In this document: positions 28,310-38,365 of the stretch, one piece after another
How the letters are laid out: every line of letters begins with the position of its first letter
How positions within the stretch are numbered: the stretch's first letter is position 1
Origin: a virus
Taxonomy: Duplodnaviria; Caudoviricetes
Direction: 5' to 3' (one strand)
IMG/VR virus record: IMGVR_UViG_3300037047_000246
Length of the DNA stretch: 64,000 nucleotides
The notes under the pieces: generated by a model
Seen by the model: only the letters and a program-made list of their open reading frames with translations
Told to the model about the DNA's origin: nothing
The model's database searches: none
Program-made: the position numbers and the translations under genes

Positions 28310-29050
28310 TCAATCTGCCACGGCCAGTTCGAAGTGCATTCCATCCGGACGCGCACCCCACGCACCTCCCCAGAAAAATCCCAGCTCCTCGGCTGCGGGC
28401 ACCAGGAGCCGCACCGAGCCTTGGGCGCCTTCTGCGGCAGGGGAGGCGCCCAGAGGATTCCATTTGGCGTTGATGTCGAAAGCAGTCGCGAACGCATGCG
28501 AGCTGAGAATGGACCGGCTGCCGCGAATATACCTGGGCGCCCAACTGCCGTCCCACGTCAGCACAAGCGGAAGCAGACCTTCAGACTCCCAGCGAGCCCA
28601 GAGTTTGGCCAGTCTGTCGGCGCCTTTGGCATGGAACGGCACAGAGCAGCTGGAAGGCGCTCCCCGGCGACCCGCAAGCTGAGGGATTTTCACATATTTC
28701 AAATTGGACTGCCACCCGTTGGTGATGCGTATGGCCTCCGGGTTGCCCGGCTGCGGGCTTGGCACATGCGTCAATGGACCAAACAGCCTCTGCTTTTCTA
28801 CATAGCTTATCGCAGACAGCTTTGTGGTGATTTCAGGCGGGTCAGGATCAAATCCTGACAACCTGGCGGCGCCGACGGTATCTCTTCCAACTACGCCGTC
28901 GTCGTTCAGTCCGGCATTTTGTTGGAACAGCTGCGTAGCTTTTTTAGTATCCGGGCAAAAGTTGCCGTCGGCTTTGTCCAGCAGACGCTGCCCAATAAGG
29001 AACAGTTGCCATCTTGTGACCTCAGGTCCGCGGCTTCCTTGCTTGATCAT
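28310..29050 (-). CDS. Endolysin: peptidoglycan-binding domain + M15-family peptidase
   Basis: GSRGPEV..WQ..L...DG.F..DT.KA...FQ...GL.DDGVVG (PG_binding_1); SSHAFATAFDIN and DGMHFEL zinc ligands. Confidence 0.88.
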   Translation of the reverse strand: MIKQGSRGPEVTRWQLFLIGQRLLDKADGNFCPDTKKATQLFQQNAGLNDDGVVGRDTVGAARLSGFDPDPPEITTKLSAISYVEKQRLFGPLTHVPSPQPGNPEAIRITNGWQSNLKYVKIPQLAGRRGAPSSCSVPFHAKGADRLAKLWARWESEGLLPLVLTWDGSWAPRYIRGSRSILSSHAFATAFDINAKWNPLGASPAAEGAQGSVRLLVPAAEELGFFWGGAWGARPDGMHFELAVAD

Positions 29051-29095
29051 ACGAAGACAGTACTGCGCAGAGCATGTCCCCGAGCGCCGCGCCTT

Positions 29096-29938
29096 TCACC
29101 GAGCTCGCCTGCGCCACACAGTCATGGTGTCATTGATGCCAGGCCACTTCGGTATTTCGACCAAACCAGACATGTCGAACTTCTCACGCAAAACCTCGAA
29201 AAACTCTGGATCGGCCATAGTGTCGCTGGCAAGTTCGCCCACATACACCAAGTTTTCGCCGGTCCAATGTTGCAAACATTGGCTGGCCATCGAGCCTCTG
29301 GGCGGCCAGCACAATAGCAAGGTCCTGTCTCCGTACACTCTCAAATCGCTGGGTTGACCAGTTTGCACTTTGCTGTGCTGACGGGCATTGACGTGCCATG
29401 GGTTGCAGGCCGCCACCAAAGACTTGAGTGAACCCGGCGGAGACCTATCAAGCGCAACGACGTCCGCCCCCATTCGGCGCAGCAGCGCCGTCCAGTATCC
29501 GGTGCCGGCCCCCATTTCCACAATCGGTGACATGGACAAGACTTCGCTCAATGCGGTTTCTGTGGGAATAGCCCATGAGTACCTTGCAACCAACTTGTCT
29601 CTGTGCTCCACAACTCGGCGCACTAGCCCGGGGTTGTCTTCGAACTCCTTGTGCTGCGGACAACATTCCAGATATGCGCGCAGCAGCGGATTGAACTGCT
29701 GCGCGAGCTGCTCCTTGGCTTGCTTTGGCAGCTTCTTTATCCTTGCTTCTTCGCGCAGCGCGGCAGACTTGTCAATAACCTTTGCGCACCAGGCCACGGT
29801 CAGCGGCCCTCGCCCTCTGGTGTACTTCGCTCCACGCTTGCCAGACCTGTGCTCCTGAAGTCTCCGCGGCATGTTGTTTGTCACGCCAGTGTACATAGTT
29901 CCGCCGCCGCATCGAATCATGTAAACAACCCAGGACAT
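29096..29938 (-). CDS. GIY-YIG (UPF0213-like) nuclease fused to a class I SAM-dependent methyltransferase-like domain
   Basis: VYMIRC...YTGVTNN..RRL.EH.SG.GAKYTR; YSWAIP...IVEMGAGTGYW.ALL...DVVALD. Confidence 0.8.
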   Translation of the reverse strand: MSWVVYMIRCGGGTMYTGVTNNMPRRLQEHRSGKRGAKYTRGRGPLTVAWCAKVIDKSAALREEARIKKLPKQAKEQLAQQFNPLLRAYLECCPQHKEFEDNPGLVRRVVEHRDKLVARYSWAIPTETALSEVLSMSPIVEMGAGTGYWTALLRRMGADVVALDRSPPGSLKSLVAACNPWHVNARQHSKVQTGQPSDLRVYGDRTLLLCWPPRGSMASQCLQHWTGENLVYVGELASDTMADPEFFEVLREKFDMSGLVEIPKWPGINDTMTVWRRRAR

Positions 29939-29984
29939 TTCCGGCCTCCAGGGTGACATACTGCACGAACGATTAGACTTACAT

Positions 29985-32210
29985 CTATGGGCTCTTGGGC
30001 GTCGGCGGCACCTGGTCATCCGAGTCGAAGTCTCCGCGCTCCAGGTTGCTGATGTACTGGTCTTCCTCGGTCCACGATCCGTCCTCGTTGACGCTGCGGA
30101 CCATGAAGTGGGGGCCACTGCCTGAAATGATGCGCCACAGACTGCCTTTGGGGTGCACCTTGCCGCTCTTCGTCGAAACGGATCGGCGCAGGCGCACCGC
30201 CTTGTTCATTAGCGCCTTGCGCTCCTTGCGCTGCCGGTAGCGCAAGCGGCCCTCGTACGTCGGCCGGGGCGGCGGAGGCGCGTCCTCCACTGGCTTGACC
30301 GGGCGGTTGCCCGCGTGGTACTCCTCGGCCTCGAGCAGCATCGGAGCCCACTGCAGATAGTCGGCGCGAGTGCGCGGATCGTCGAAGAAGATTTTGAAGT
30401 CGCCTGGCTTGTACACGTCGACATTGAGCAAGCAATCGGCCGAGCACGTCAGCGTGCACCGGATGCCGCCCTCGTCGCGCCGGCTCCAATCTTGCCTCTC
30501 GCGGTTCCAGGCGTAGGTGCAGGTCCTGGCCTTCGGCTGCCACTTGACCACTCGAGCGAGCGTCCCTGGCCCGGGGTCCCCATGCGGCCGAAACCGGACC
30601 GGCCTGTAGTCGGTCCGAGCTGTGCGCCAGTCCCGATCCAGCCGGTCGCACTCCTTCTTGGCCTCGCGCAGCTCCCAGGCCACTTCCTGGCCGACGGTCA
30701 CCGACCCGTCCCGCAACGACTCGTTGCATCGACGCCGATAGGCCTCGAAGTCTGGCGCCTCGCCCGGAGTCAAAGCTCGCGAGTCGTCGTACACCAGCTC
30801 CAGCGCCGCCTCGAATCCGCGCGGATCCCACAAAGACCACTGCGGGTGCGGATGCAGCACGGGAGACCGGTCGAGCAGCCCTTGCAGCACGAGCACTAGC
30901 CGGTTGTGCTGGGCCATCTCGTCGCGTATATGCTTCAAGATATCGTCATAATAGACGTTGTCGTGCGAGAACGGCTTGTAATTCTTGGAATCGTGCGAAT
31001 GCCGAAAACGCCACTGATCTTTCTTCGGGGCTTTTTTCGCCTGGCGCTCTTCTTCGGCCTCCTGCTCAACCAGCTGCAGATACTGGCCCTCCGAAATGCA
31101 CGATCCCACGCGGCCCGACATCGAGACGCTCGCGTAGACTTTGTCACCCATCGGGTCTTCGGTCATGTCCGGAAACAGATGCTCGCCGAACTCTATGGCG
31201 GTGTTCAAGCGAAACAGCCGGTCGCCGTTGCGGATATACAGGAACGTCAGCTTGTCGAGCTGCAGCTTGTCCTGAATGCTGAAATACTCGGACAAATTGC
31301 GCCATTCGCGCTCTTTGTCGTTGCGGCGCACGCGGAATGCCACGATGCAGCGCGGGAACGGCAGAATGCGCTCAAGATTCTCCCGCTTGCCCAGCCATTT
31401 GTCGAAGGCGCGCAAGCTCTTGAACTCCATGCCGCCCGCCTTATAGTTGGCCAGGCACTCCTCGTCCATGTAGCAGCGGCGCTGCATCAGGTGCAGCTTT
31501 GCGCCCGATTCGGCGGGCTCACCGTCGCGCACTTGCTCGACTTGCTCGACCAGGCCTGCGTACAGCTCTACCGAGAAGATGCGCTGCTTGACCGCATCCA
31601 CGACAAGCCCCAAGAGATTGGCCTGCGCCTCAAGCGGAATCAGCTTGGCCTGCATCCATTCGCCCATTGCGCGGTTCGCCTGCTTGATCCGACTGAACAG
31701 CTGCGGCAGCTCTTCATCTTTGGCGCGCACCAGGGCAGCCTTGTACTCTTCGGCCGGCTGGTCCGAAGAGCGCAGCGCCAAGGCCTGCGCTTCGGAATGG
31801 CTGGACAGAGCCGGTGCCTCCACGATGGCGAGTCGAGACGTCACATCTCGCACCTGGCGCATCAGCCGCAGCACTTCGGCGCGGCGCTGCTCGATTTGCG
31901 CCTCGATGTGCGCGTCTGGCTGGGGCTCGAAGCGACACATCTCCCAAAACGTGTCCAAATGCACCCGCTGGCGCCGCGACGAAGGGCCGGCCTCGTGCAG
32001 CTCGGCGTAGTTGGAGCCGACTTGCACGACGCATCCGAGCCATTCCTGCGGTGGCTCTTGCTCCTCGTCTTCGTCTTCGTCTTCGTCCGATTCGCTGCGC
32101 ACCCAGTACCAGCGGCCCACAGCTGGCTCGGCCGAGCTGTCGCCTGGCATTTCGTCGGCTTGCGCCGCAGCCACATGAACGATTTCGGACTTGTCTTTGG
32201 GGTCAGTCAT
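29985..32210 (-). CDS. large hypothetical protein (741 aa), visibly GC-richer than flanks
   Basis: Long clean ORF with coiled-coil segment; no recognised family. Confidence 0.85.
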   Translation of the reverse strand: MTDPKDKSEIVHVAAAQADEMPGDSSAEPAVGRWYWVRSESDEDEDEDEEQEPPQEWLGCVVQVGSNYAELHEAGPSSRRQRVHLDTFWEMCRFEPQPDAHIEAQIEQRRAEVLRLMRQVRDVTSRLAIVEAPALSSHSEAQALALRSSDQPAEEYKAALVRAKDEELPQLFSRIKQANRAMGEWMQAKLIPLEAQANLLGLVVDAVKQRIFSVELYAGLVEQVEQVRDGEPAESGAKLHLMQRRCYMDEECLANYKAGGMEFKSLRAFDKWLGKRENLERILPFPRCIVAFRVRRNDKEREWRNLSEYFSIQDKLQLDKLTFLYIRNGDRLFRLNTAIEFGEHLFPDMTEDPMGDKVYASVSMSGRVGSCISEGQYLQLVEQEAEEERQAKKAPKKDQWRFRHSHDSKNYKPFSHDNVYYDDILKHIRDEMAQHNRLVLVLQGLLDRSPVLHPHPQWSLWDPRGFEAALELVYDDSRALTPGEAPDFEAYRRRCNESLRDGSVTVGQEVAWELREAKKECDRLDRDWRTARTDYRPVRFRPHGDPGPGTLARVVKWQPKARTCTYAWNRERQDWSRRDEGGIRCTLTCSADCLLNVDVYKPGDFKIFFDDPRTRADYLQWAPMLLEAEEYHAGNRPVKPVEDAPPPPRPTYEGRLRYRQRKERKALMNKAVRLRRSVSTKSGKVHPKGSLWRIISGSGPHFMVRSVNEDGSWTEEDQYISNLERGDFDSDDQVPPTPKSP

Positions 32211-32260
32211 CAGGGGGAGCCTACAGCGCGAGCTCCATGATTTCCGTCATTCTTCCGCGA

Positions 32261-32794
32261 TCATTCTTCCATGATTGACCAGACCGCTACCGTGGCGTCA
32301 GACAAACCCTCGATCGAAGAGAACTGAGGATTCTCGTCCGGGGTCCAATATACCATGCCCTGCGGCGAAAGCCGCAGCTTGCCCGACCACTCGACTTGCA
32401 TCTCTTGTCTGGCCGGGAACGGCAGGCGCGCTCTTGCGTCAGCCACGGCCCGGCGGAACGCGCCGAACCATTCGGAAGCGGCCTGGTCCAAAGTCGGGTT
32501 GTCGACTGCCAGCCGCACGCCTGCACCGGTCTCGAGGTAGGTGTTGCCAGAGTCACATATGAGGCTTACGCCAATGACCATGTCTCCATCTAGCGGCAGA
32601 TCGAACTCTTCGAGGTGCCGCAGCGAGTCGGCGGCGTTGGCCACTTCCATGCATCTGTTAACATAAATCTCGGTTCTGGCTGGGGCCAGCTTGCGCCCCA
32701 TGGCGACGGCTTTGCCCTCGGCGTTGCGCCTGGAGGCCGGCCGGGCTTGCAACTTGAACGCCTCGCTTATCCAACGCGCCGTCGCAGACTTCAT
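32261..32794 (-). CDS. hypothetical protein (weak RusA-like resemblance; C-terminal tag VWSIMEE)
   Basis: ATGA-coupled to dam. Confidence 0.6.
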   Translation of the reverse strand: MKSATARWISEAFKLQARPASRRNAEGKAVAMGRKLAPARTEIYVNRCMEVANAADSLRHLEEFDLPLDGDMVIGVSLICDSGNTYLETGAGVRLAVDNPTLDQAASEWFGAFRRAVADARARLPFPARQEMQVEWSGKLRLSPQGMVYWTPDENPQFSSIEGLSDATVAVWSIMEE

Positions 32795-33627
32795 TGGCAC
32801 TCCGCGCAGTTGCTCACAAGGATCTCTGGCACAGATGTGCGTTTGTCTGGCCTACCCACACTGCGTGTGCCGGTGACCACCTCTACTTCAAAATCGCAAA
32901 ACCACGCCGCATTGCCTGCCGCCGAGGAGTTAGACAAAACCTGTGCGACTCCGGCGCCGTCCAAACGTTTAAATGTCTCGACGAGCCTCAGGTGGTCTGA
33001 TGCAGCAAAGCCGCCAGACGTGTACTGGGTGAAGTTGGCTGTATTGGAAATAGGCAAGTATGGGGGGTCGTAGTAGACGGCGTCGCCAGGTCCTGCGTCA
33101 GTGCAAATGTTCTCGAAATCCGACTCGGCCAGCTCGGCCATCTGCAAAGCTTCCGAGCAGGCCCTCAAGTTGGCTTCGTCGCATGTCACCGGGTTTTCGT
33201 ACCGGCCGAAGGGCGTGTTGAACTGGCCTTTGCTGTTGACTCTGTGCAGGCCATTAAAACACGTTTTGTTCAAATAGATGGTGCGGGCAGCGCGCACCAC
33301 CGGAGTCATCTTGTCCGGGTCCGCCCGCCTGATGTCCAAGAAGGATTCGCGGTCATATTTATACTGCGACTGGCGCAACTCGCGCACCAGGTCATCGACT
33401 TGGTCTCGCACCGCCTGGAAAGCATTCATCAGCTCTGGACATTTATCGCCGATGACCGCGCGCTCAAATCGGCGCGTCCTCGCGAGTTCAAAAAAGACTG
33501 CGCCTCCGCCCAGAAACGGCTCGTAGTAAGTGCCGATGCGGGCCGGAAGCTTGGCCAGGATGCGTGACGCCAGGCGGCCCTTGCCTCCACACCATTTCAA
33601 GAACGGCCTTGTATGGGTATTCGACAT
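32791..33627 (-). CDS. dam: Dam-family DNA adenine methyltransferase
   Basis: PFLKWCGGK, YYEPFLGGGAVFF, YLNKTCFNGL.RVN..G.FN.PFG, YYDPPY. Confidence 0.93.
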   Translation of the reverse strand: MSNTHTRPFLKWCGGKGRLASRILAKLPARIGTYYEPFLGGGAVFFELARTRRFERAVIGDKCPELMNAFQAVRDQVDDLVRELRQSQYKYDRESFLDIRRADPDKMTPVVRAARTIYLNKTCFNGLHRVNSKGQFNTPFGRYENPVTCDEANLRACSEALQMAELAESDFENICTDAGPGDAVYYDPPYLPISNTANFTQYTSGGFAASDHLRLVETFKRLDGAGVAQVLSNSSAAGNAAWFCDFEVEVVTGTRSVGRPDKRTSVPEILVSNCAECQ

Positions 33628-33691
33628 TGTTTTACGATACACCCCTTCGCAATCATTCGTCATACGGCAGACGAGCTGACCGACCTTAGAG

Positions 33692-34192
33692 TTATGTCTT
33701 CGCTATATCATCAGTTGATGAGTCTAAGAATTCCATCAGCGCGTCTCTGGTCATGGCGCCGTCTACGCGGTCCAACTGCACTTGTTGATACTCCATTCCG
33801 CACGCAGTGATGAGATGTGCGTCCAGCTCTCGTCGATATGCCTCGTCGAACACTACGCGGCGAATGCCGGAATTCACCAGCATTTTGAAGCAGTTGTAGC
33901 ATGGTGACAGCGTCACGTACGCGGTGGCGCCGTCGATGCAGGTACCATGTTTGGCAGCTTGCGCCACAGCGTTGATTTCTGCGTGGATCGTCCGCTGACA
34001 TCCGCCGTCAGGCCCGATCTCGCAACCTACATCTAAACAGTGCGGTTGACCGCGAATCGAGCCCGCATAGCCAGTCGACAGGATGGCCCTATCCCGGACT
34101 ATGACGCACCCGACTTGTTTGCGATTGCAGGTCGATCGCTCAGCGACGTTGCGGGCGATCGACAGGAAATATTCGTCCCAGCTCTTGCGCAT
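33692..34192 (-). CDS. dCMP/deoxycytidylate deaminase
   Basis: RSTC.R.QVG, HAEINA, SPCYNC zinc motif. Confidence 0.92.
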   Translation of the reverse strand: MRKSWDEYFLSIARNVAERSTCNRKQVGCVIVRDRAILSTGYAGSIRGQPHCLDVGCEIGPDGGCQRTIHAEINAVAQAAKHGTCIDGATAYVTLSPCYNCFKMLVNSGIRRVVFDEAYRRELDAHLITACGMEYQQVQLDRVDGAMTRDALMEFLDSSTDDIAKT

Positions 34193-34277
34193 GGGACTAA
34201 GTTACATCTGCAGTGCCAGTGTTCAGGCTAAAGTGAGGTATCGGGCCTCTATCGGATTGCAGTCTGAACCTTCTGCA

Positions 34278-36239
34278 CTAAGCGGCCGTGTCTTTGCGGC
34301 GACGGCCACCAAGGTTGTTGGCCATGCGATCCGTCAGTATTGAGTCTTCGCTGAAGAGGCCGAGCATCGACATGGTGAGCGCAGCGGGAGAACGCAACTG
34401 CTCTTCGACGTCGTTGCGGCCCCAATTGGGGTCCCCCATGAAATGTTCAGAATGTGCAACCCGGGCCACCATGACCTCGCCGTACACTTCTTCAACAATG
34501 GCGTCTACCTTTTCGCCAGGCTTTGCTGGGTACATGTCTCGCCAGTATTTCTTGACCTCGGCCATGACTGTGTGATCGCGCGCCAGCTGAATTACGCCAG
34601 TCGGATGGTCTTTATTAGGTTTTACCCAAGAAGCGGCGTACGCCCGCTTGTTTTCCCCGTTGATATCAGCACACGTCACCCATTCGTATTCCGGCAGCCC
34701 GCACAGACTGGGCATTTTGACCGCTTCGACTCCGGTCTTGGTCGTCGGCTCACGCGCTGCGATGATGGGACGGTCCGCTCTGGGTTCGAACACCTCAGTG
34801 GTTTTCTTCGGGCAGGCGAGCGACGGCTGTGCTGCTTTGCCTGCGCTGCCTCTGCCCACCTGCGGCCCCTCTGCCAGAACTACCTGACCGCGCAGCGTTG
34901 TATTGATGTTGAAAGGGCCACCTTTTCTATGCACGTAGCGCACAACTGTCCAGCGCTTCGAAAACTCGCTTGCCAGCCTTTTGCGCCATTTGCCATCATC
35001 TAGAGTACCAGTATGCTCCGGCGTGGCAACGTTCATTGCGTCGCTGATAGCTTGCGGCATGTTTTCCGCAAACTCTTGCCCCCATTCGGCCCACGGCAGC
35101 GGTTCACCTGCCCGTTTTGTGCCTTGAACCTTCAGCGTGCTGCGGGCGCTGTCAGGGTATACGCCGTACGTGTCTGGCCCGCTCAGAGGCGGTTTGGCAA
35201 CAAGTGTCAGATTATCCCTCACCATCTTGTGGGTGACGCCAAAGCTGCGAAACTGTGCTGGATGCTGCTGCGTGTCGTACAACTCCGACTGATACAAAGC
35301 AGTGATGTACCCCTTTTCGTATCCATACGAGTGGACGCCGGGCCTCTCGCCCTTCCACAAATACCACTCGATTATGGTGCCGTCGCGCAGCGTTACGGAT
35401 CCCACTTCGATTTTCTTGACATTGGTTGACGTGTCGCCTCTCGCGCGCACTTGCCACACCAGATACTGAGCCCCGCGCACTTGCCGGCGATTCCATCGGC
35501 GGTCGCTTGTGCCTGACGCATCGGCCAGACTCCGCGGCCATCTGGCTCTTTTGTCCTTGCCGCACCTGAGCTCCTGCACCCAAATCTCAGTGTTGCCAGG
35601 CAAGTCCCAAAATCTCTTATTCAAATAAACGGTGATCGCCTTTTCGCCGTCTTCGCCGTCTCTGCCCAAAAACGTGTCTTCTGTTCCGTTGTTGCCAAGA
35701 CACACGACCACAGTGCCGTGGTCCTGAATCCACTTCGGCTTGACGTCTGACCACTCGGCGAATGGCTTAACTACGCTGTCATAAGTCGAGTCGCCGTTGC
35801 CATTGATCGTCTCGAACTTTTTCGCTCCGTACTCCTTGGAGACGGGGTCATACATGAGCCACACCATGGCGCCGTCCGGGCAAGCAGGGGTCCAAGATAT
35901 GACAACGACGCCGGCGCGATTCCACGGCAGCAGCGACGTCTTGGCACCGATGCCGAAGTTTTCATGCGCATCTCCGATAGGCTTACCTCCGCCGCCGAAA
36001 GTGTTCAAAAATTTCAGCAGGTCGTCCGGATCCATGCCTTTGCCGTTGTCAGCAACCATGAGCCTATACACGTCTCGGCGCGAGACGGCCTGCCACTCAG
36101 GGCCGAATTCCACCCGGGTAGCTCCGGCCTCCAAAGAGTTGCGCAGCAGTTCGCGCAGATACTGGCGCGGACTGCTTTCTTTGTAGGCACGCTCCACTAG
36201 GTGATGAACGCTAGTTACGACCATCGGCGTCAATGACAT
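34278..36239 (-). CDS. GHKL (Hsp90/MORC-like) ATPase domain protein
   Basis: LRELLRNSLEAGA (N box), DNGKGM (G1), NFGIGAK (G2), HGTVVV. Confidence 0.8.
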   Translation of the reverse strand: MSLTPMVVTSVHHLVERAYKESSPRQYLRELLRNSLEAGATRVEFGPEWQAVSRRDVYRLMVADNGKGMDPDDLLKFLNTFGGGGKPIGDAHENFGIGAKTSLLPWNRAGVVVISWTPACPDGAMVWLMYDPVSKEYGAKKFETINGNGDSTYDSVVKPFAEWSDVKPKWIQDHGTVVVCLGNNGTEDTFLGRDGEDGEKAITVYLNKRFWDLPGNTEIWVQELRCGKDKRARWPRSLADASGTSDRRWNRRQVRGAQYLVWQVRARGDTSTNVKKIEVGSVTLRDGTIIEWYLWKGERPGVHSYGYEKGYITALYQSELYDTQQHPAQFRSFGVTHKMVRDNLTLVAKPPLSGPDTYGVYPDSARSTLKVQGTKRAGEPLPWAEWGQEFAENMPQAISDAMNVATPEHTGTLDDGKWRKRLASEFSKRWTVVRYVHRKGGPFNINTTLRGQVVLAEGPQVGRGSAGKAAQPSLACPKKTTEVFEPRADRPIIAAREPTTKTGVEAVKMPSLCGLPEYEWVTCADINGENKRAYAASWVKPNKDHPTGVIQLARDHTVMAEVKKYWRDMYPAKPGEKVDAIVEEVYGEVMVARVAHSEHFMGDPNWGRNDVEEQLRSPAALTMSMLGLFSEDSILTDRMANNLGGRRRKDTAA

Positions 36240-36360
36240 GCTGACCCTCCAACCTCAGTGTTTTACACTGCACAAGACCGGTACACTCTGGCCTGCCGCA
36301 TTTACGTCGTCCCTCTCCGTCTGACTGAAGTCAGCAGTACTATGCGCAGAGAAGGTCCTG

Positions 36361-36585
36361 TCACGACTCCTGCACGTCCATGACGTCCATTATGCTGCGC
36401 GCATTGTCCCTGAAATACTCCAAATCGTCGATCCTCTGTTTAAGATCTTCAATTTCGCCAAGCTTTTTTCTGAGATCTCCGATTTGGCCGATGAGACTGG
36501 CAATCTTAGCTTGCATTGACCGTACGGCGCGTCCAGAAGCACGCCGTACGACTGCTGATTTTTTGCGCGTCGTCCGTTTCTTCAC
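36361..36585 (-). CDS. small coiled-coil protein (tag VMDVQES)
   Basis: 74-aa ORF. Confidence 0.7.
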   Translation of the reverse strand: MKKRTTRKKSAVVRRASGRAVRSMQAKIASLIGQIGDLRKKLGEIEDLKQRIDDLEYFRDNARSIMDVMDVQES

Positions 36586-36703
36586 ACGACCACCATGCCA
36601 GTTTGGGTGAGTGCCTAAACTCCTGCACGTAAAACGACTACCTTATTCATGCATCTGCATACTTATGACTTAGTGTGGTTTACGCATTGCACACTGGACA
36701 TAG

Positions 36704-37147
36704 TTAACTTCCCATCACTTCCTCGGCGACCTTGCTGGTCAGCCGCTCGAAGTCCACAGACCTCTCCAGCAAGTTCCACAGCGGCTCGGCGGCGCATTCC
36801 ATCAGGAAAGACTCATATCTCCATCGCTGGTCTGTCCGGTTATGCTCGTCATATCTTGGCTCCAAGCGGCCGAGCTCTTTCTTGGTCTGACGCAGTGACA
36901 CCGTCATCATCACTATATTGCCGTACAGCTCCGGCAGCACAGTGCAGTGTGCTTGCGCCAAAATTCCGCTACTGCCTTGCCACGGCACGTGTTTCTCCGC
37001 TGAGAAGGTGACGGTAAACACGTCAGAATTGGATCCTGCGCCGTGCACGAACACGTTGAACGGGCAGTTGTCTACTGTGCTGGCGAGGCGCTTGAAGTCT
37101 TCGTCCATGCACGACACGACACTGCTTTTGAGGCGCCGGAAGTTCAC
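36704..37147 (-). CDS. hypothetical protein (tag AEEVMGS)
   Basis: GTGA-coupled start at 37147. Confidence 0.7.
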   Translation of the reverse strand: MNFRRLKSSVVSCMDEDFKRLASTVDNCPFNVFVHGAGSNSDVFTVTFSAEKHVPWQGSSGILAQAHCTVLPELYGNIVMMTVSLRQTKKELGRLEPRYDEHNRTDQRWRYESFLMECAAEPLWNLLERSVDFERLTSKVAEEVMGS

Positions 37148-37755
37148 GTCGCGCACCCATTCAAAGCCCCGACTGCTATCTGGTGTCGCCAGTCCATCGT
37201 GGCTGGGACACTGAGCGCGCAGCGCGAACACACAACGCAGTTGCCATTGTCTGCCCACTCGTGTCGGGTCTGCTTCTTGTTCAAAACCTTGGCTGGGCTC
37301 GCCACCCGCCAGCAGCTCTTGCCGACTGTGTGGTGTGCGGCGTACTGTGCGACGACTTCAGATGTCACCCTCCACATTTTCCCTATCTTCTTGCCTGGCA
37401 GGCGCCCTTCCCGCAACATCTTGACCATGGTCTGCGCGCATAGCCCGAGACGCTTTGCAGCCTCGGCTGCGCTCAGTCCGGCCTCAGTCTGCCGCGGCGC
37501 TACACGCAGCCCTGCGAAATTGCCTTCTGGCTGCAATCCAGCCATGGCCGCAAGCATTGCCTTAGCAGCCCAAGCCGTGCGGGCTGCTGCCGGCATGAGT
37601 CGCTTCACAGTGGGCAGAACCTCTTGTTCCCAGCCTGGCTTGGCCGCGACTGCGCGGCGCTGCATGCCCAGCAGGTTTCCGTGAAGCAGGTTTGCGTCTT
37701 TGACCGCTGCAGCCACCTGCTTGCGCAGCTTTGCGGCTCCGCGGCTCGTCTTCAT
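37144..37755 (-). CDS. Excisionase/MerR-type HTH_17 DNA-binding domain protein
   Basis: LSAAEAAKRLGLCAQTMVKMLREGRLPGKKIGKMWRV. Confidence 0.8.
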   Translation of the reverse strand: MKTSRGAAKLRKQVAAAVKDANLLHGNLLGMQRRAVAAKPGWEQEVLPTVKRLMPAAARTAWAAKAMLAAMAGLQPEGNFAGLRVAPRQTEAGLSAAEAAKRLGLCAQTMVKMLREGRLPGKKIGKMWRVTSEVVAQYAAHHTVGKSCWRVASPAKVLNKKQTRHEWADNGNCVVCSRCALSVPATMDWRHQIAVGALNGCAT

Positions 37756-38159
37756 GAGTCCTGCACCTGCCTGGTCACCAGATCCTGCAAAAACTGCTGG
37801 AGCAGTTTTTTGGATGGGTTCTTCATGTACTTGATTGAACTCCCACCCTGCTGGATTGCTTCAAGCTGCACTTGTTCGGACGGCTGCTTGATGAACCGCA
37901 CAGCGGTCCAGTTTTGCTTGACTGCTGCAAGCTGTACTTGTTCGGACGGCTTATTGATGAACTGGATTGAGAAGCCGTTCTGTCGGACTGCCGCGAGCTG
38001 GACCTTTTCGGACGGGTTCTCGATGAACTGAGTCGCCTCACTGTTCTGCCGGACTGCTGTAAGCTGAAATATCTCTGAACACAGACCGAGCGCGCAGCGC
38101 AGACCTGACTCGAATGCTTCTTCAGGAGTCAGCCCGTGCTCTTGCAGCAGCTCTTTCAT
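37752..38159 (-). CDS. DUF4116-like 22-aa repeat protein (tag TRQVQDS)
   Basis: Four repeats QLxAVxQNxxxIxFIxxPSExV (66-bp degenerate DNA repeats). Confidence 0.8.
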   Translation of the reverse strand: MKELLQEHGLTPEEAFESGLRCALGLCSEIFQLTAVRQNSEATQFIENPSEKVQLAAVRQNGFSIQFINKPSEQVQLAAVKQNWTAVRFIKQPSEQVQLEAIQQGGSSIKYMKNPSKKLLQQFLQDLVTRQVQDS

Positions 38160-38278
38160 GAGTCATGAACCTTCCGCAGGATGCACCGGGATTCGGGACA
38201 CTCCGGATCGTGGCAGAATTCGATCACTCCGCCCGCTCCGATCGAATACGAATGGCCGACAGGCACGTTCTCAGTCAT
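38156..38278 (-). CDS. small Cys-rich ORF (tag LRKVHDS); natural start probably TTG 38369 across a one-base frameshift
   Basis: Own translation MTENVPVGHSYSIGAGGVIEFCHDPECPESRCILRKVHDS; ATGA coupling downstream. Confidence 0.6.
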   Translation of the reverse strand: MTENVPVGHSYSIGAGGVIEFCHDPECPESRCILRKVHDS

Positions 38279-38365
38279 GATGATGTGCAGCGTCAAAGCA
38301 GACCCCGCGGAGCACGGATTGTGATGCGTATCGGGTGGGCAATCTTGATCATGTGACCGGGGGTT

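Noticed and set aside
32261-32794. RusA Holliday junction resolvase call
   Set aside because: Only loose similarity; the catalytic DxDNxxKxxxD pattern is not intact, so it is left as hypothetical.
37790-38060. CRISPR array or DGR repeat
   Set aside because: The 66-bp repeats are degenerate at third codon positions and encode a protein repeat. There are no unique spacers, cas genes, reverse transcriptase or adenine-specific template/variable pair in the window.
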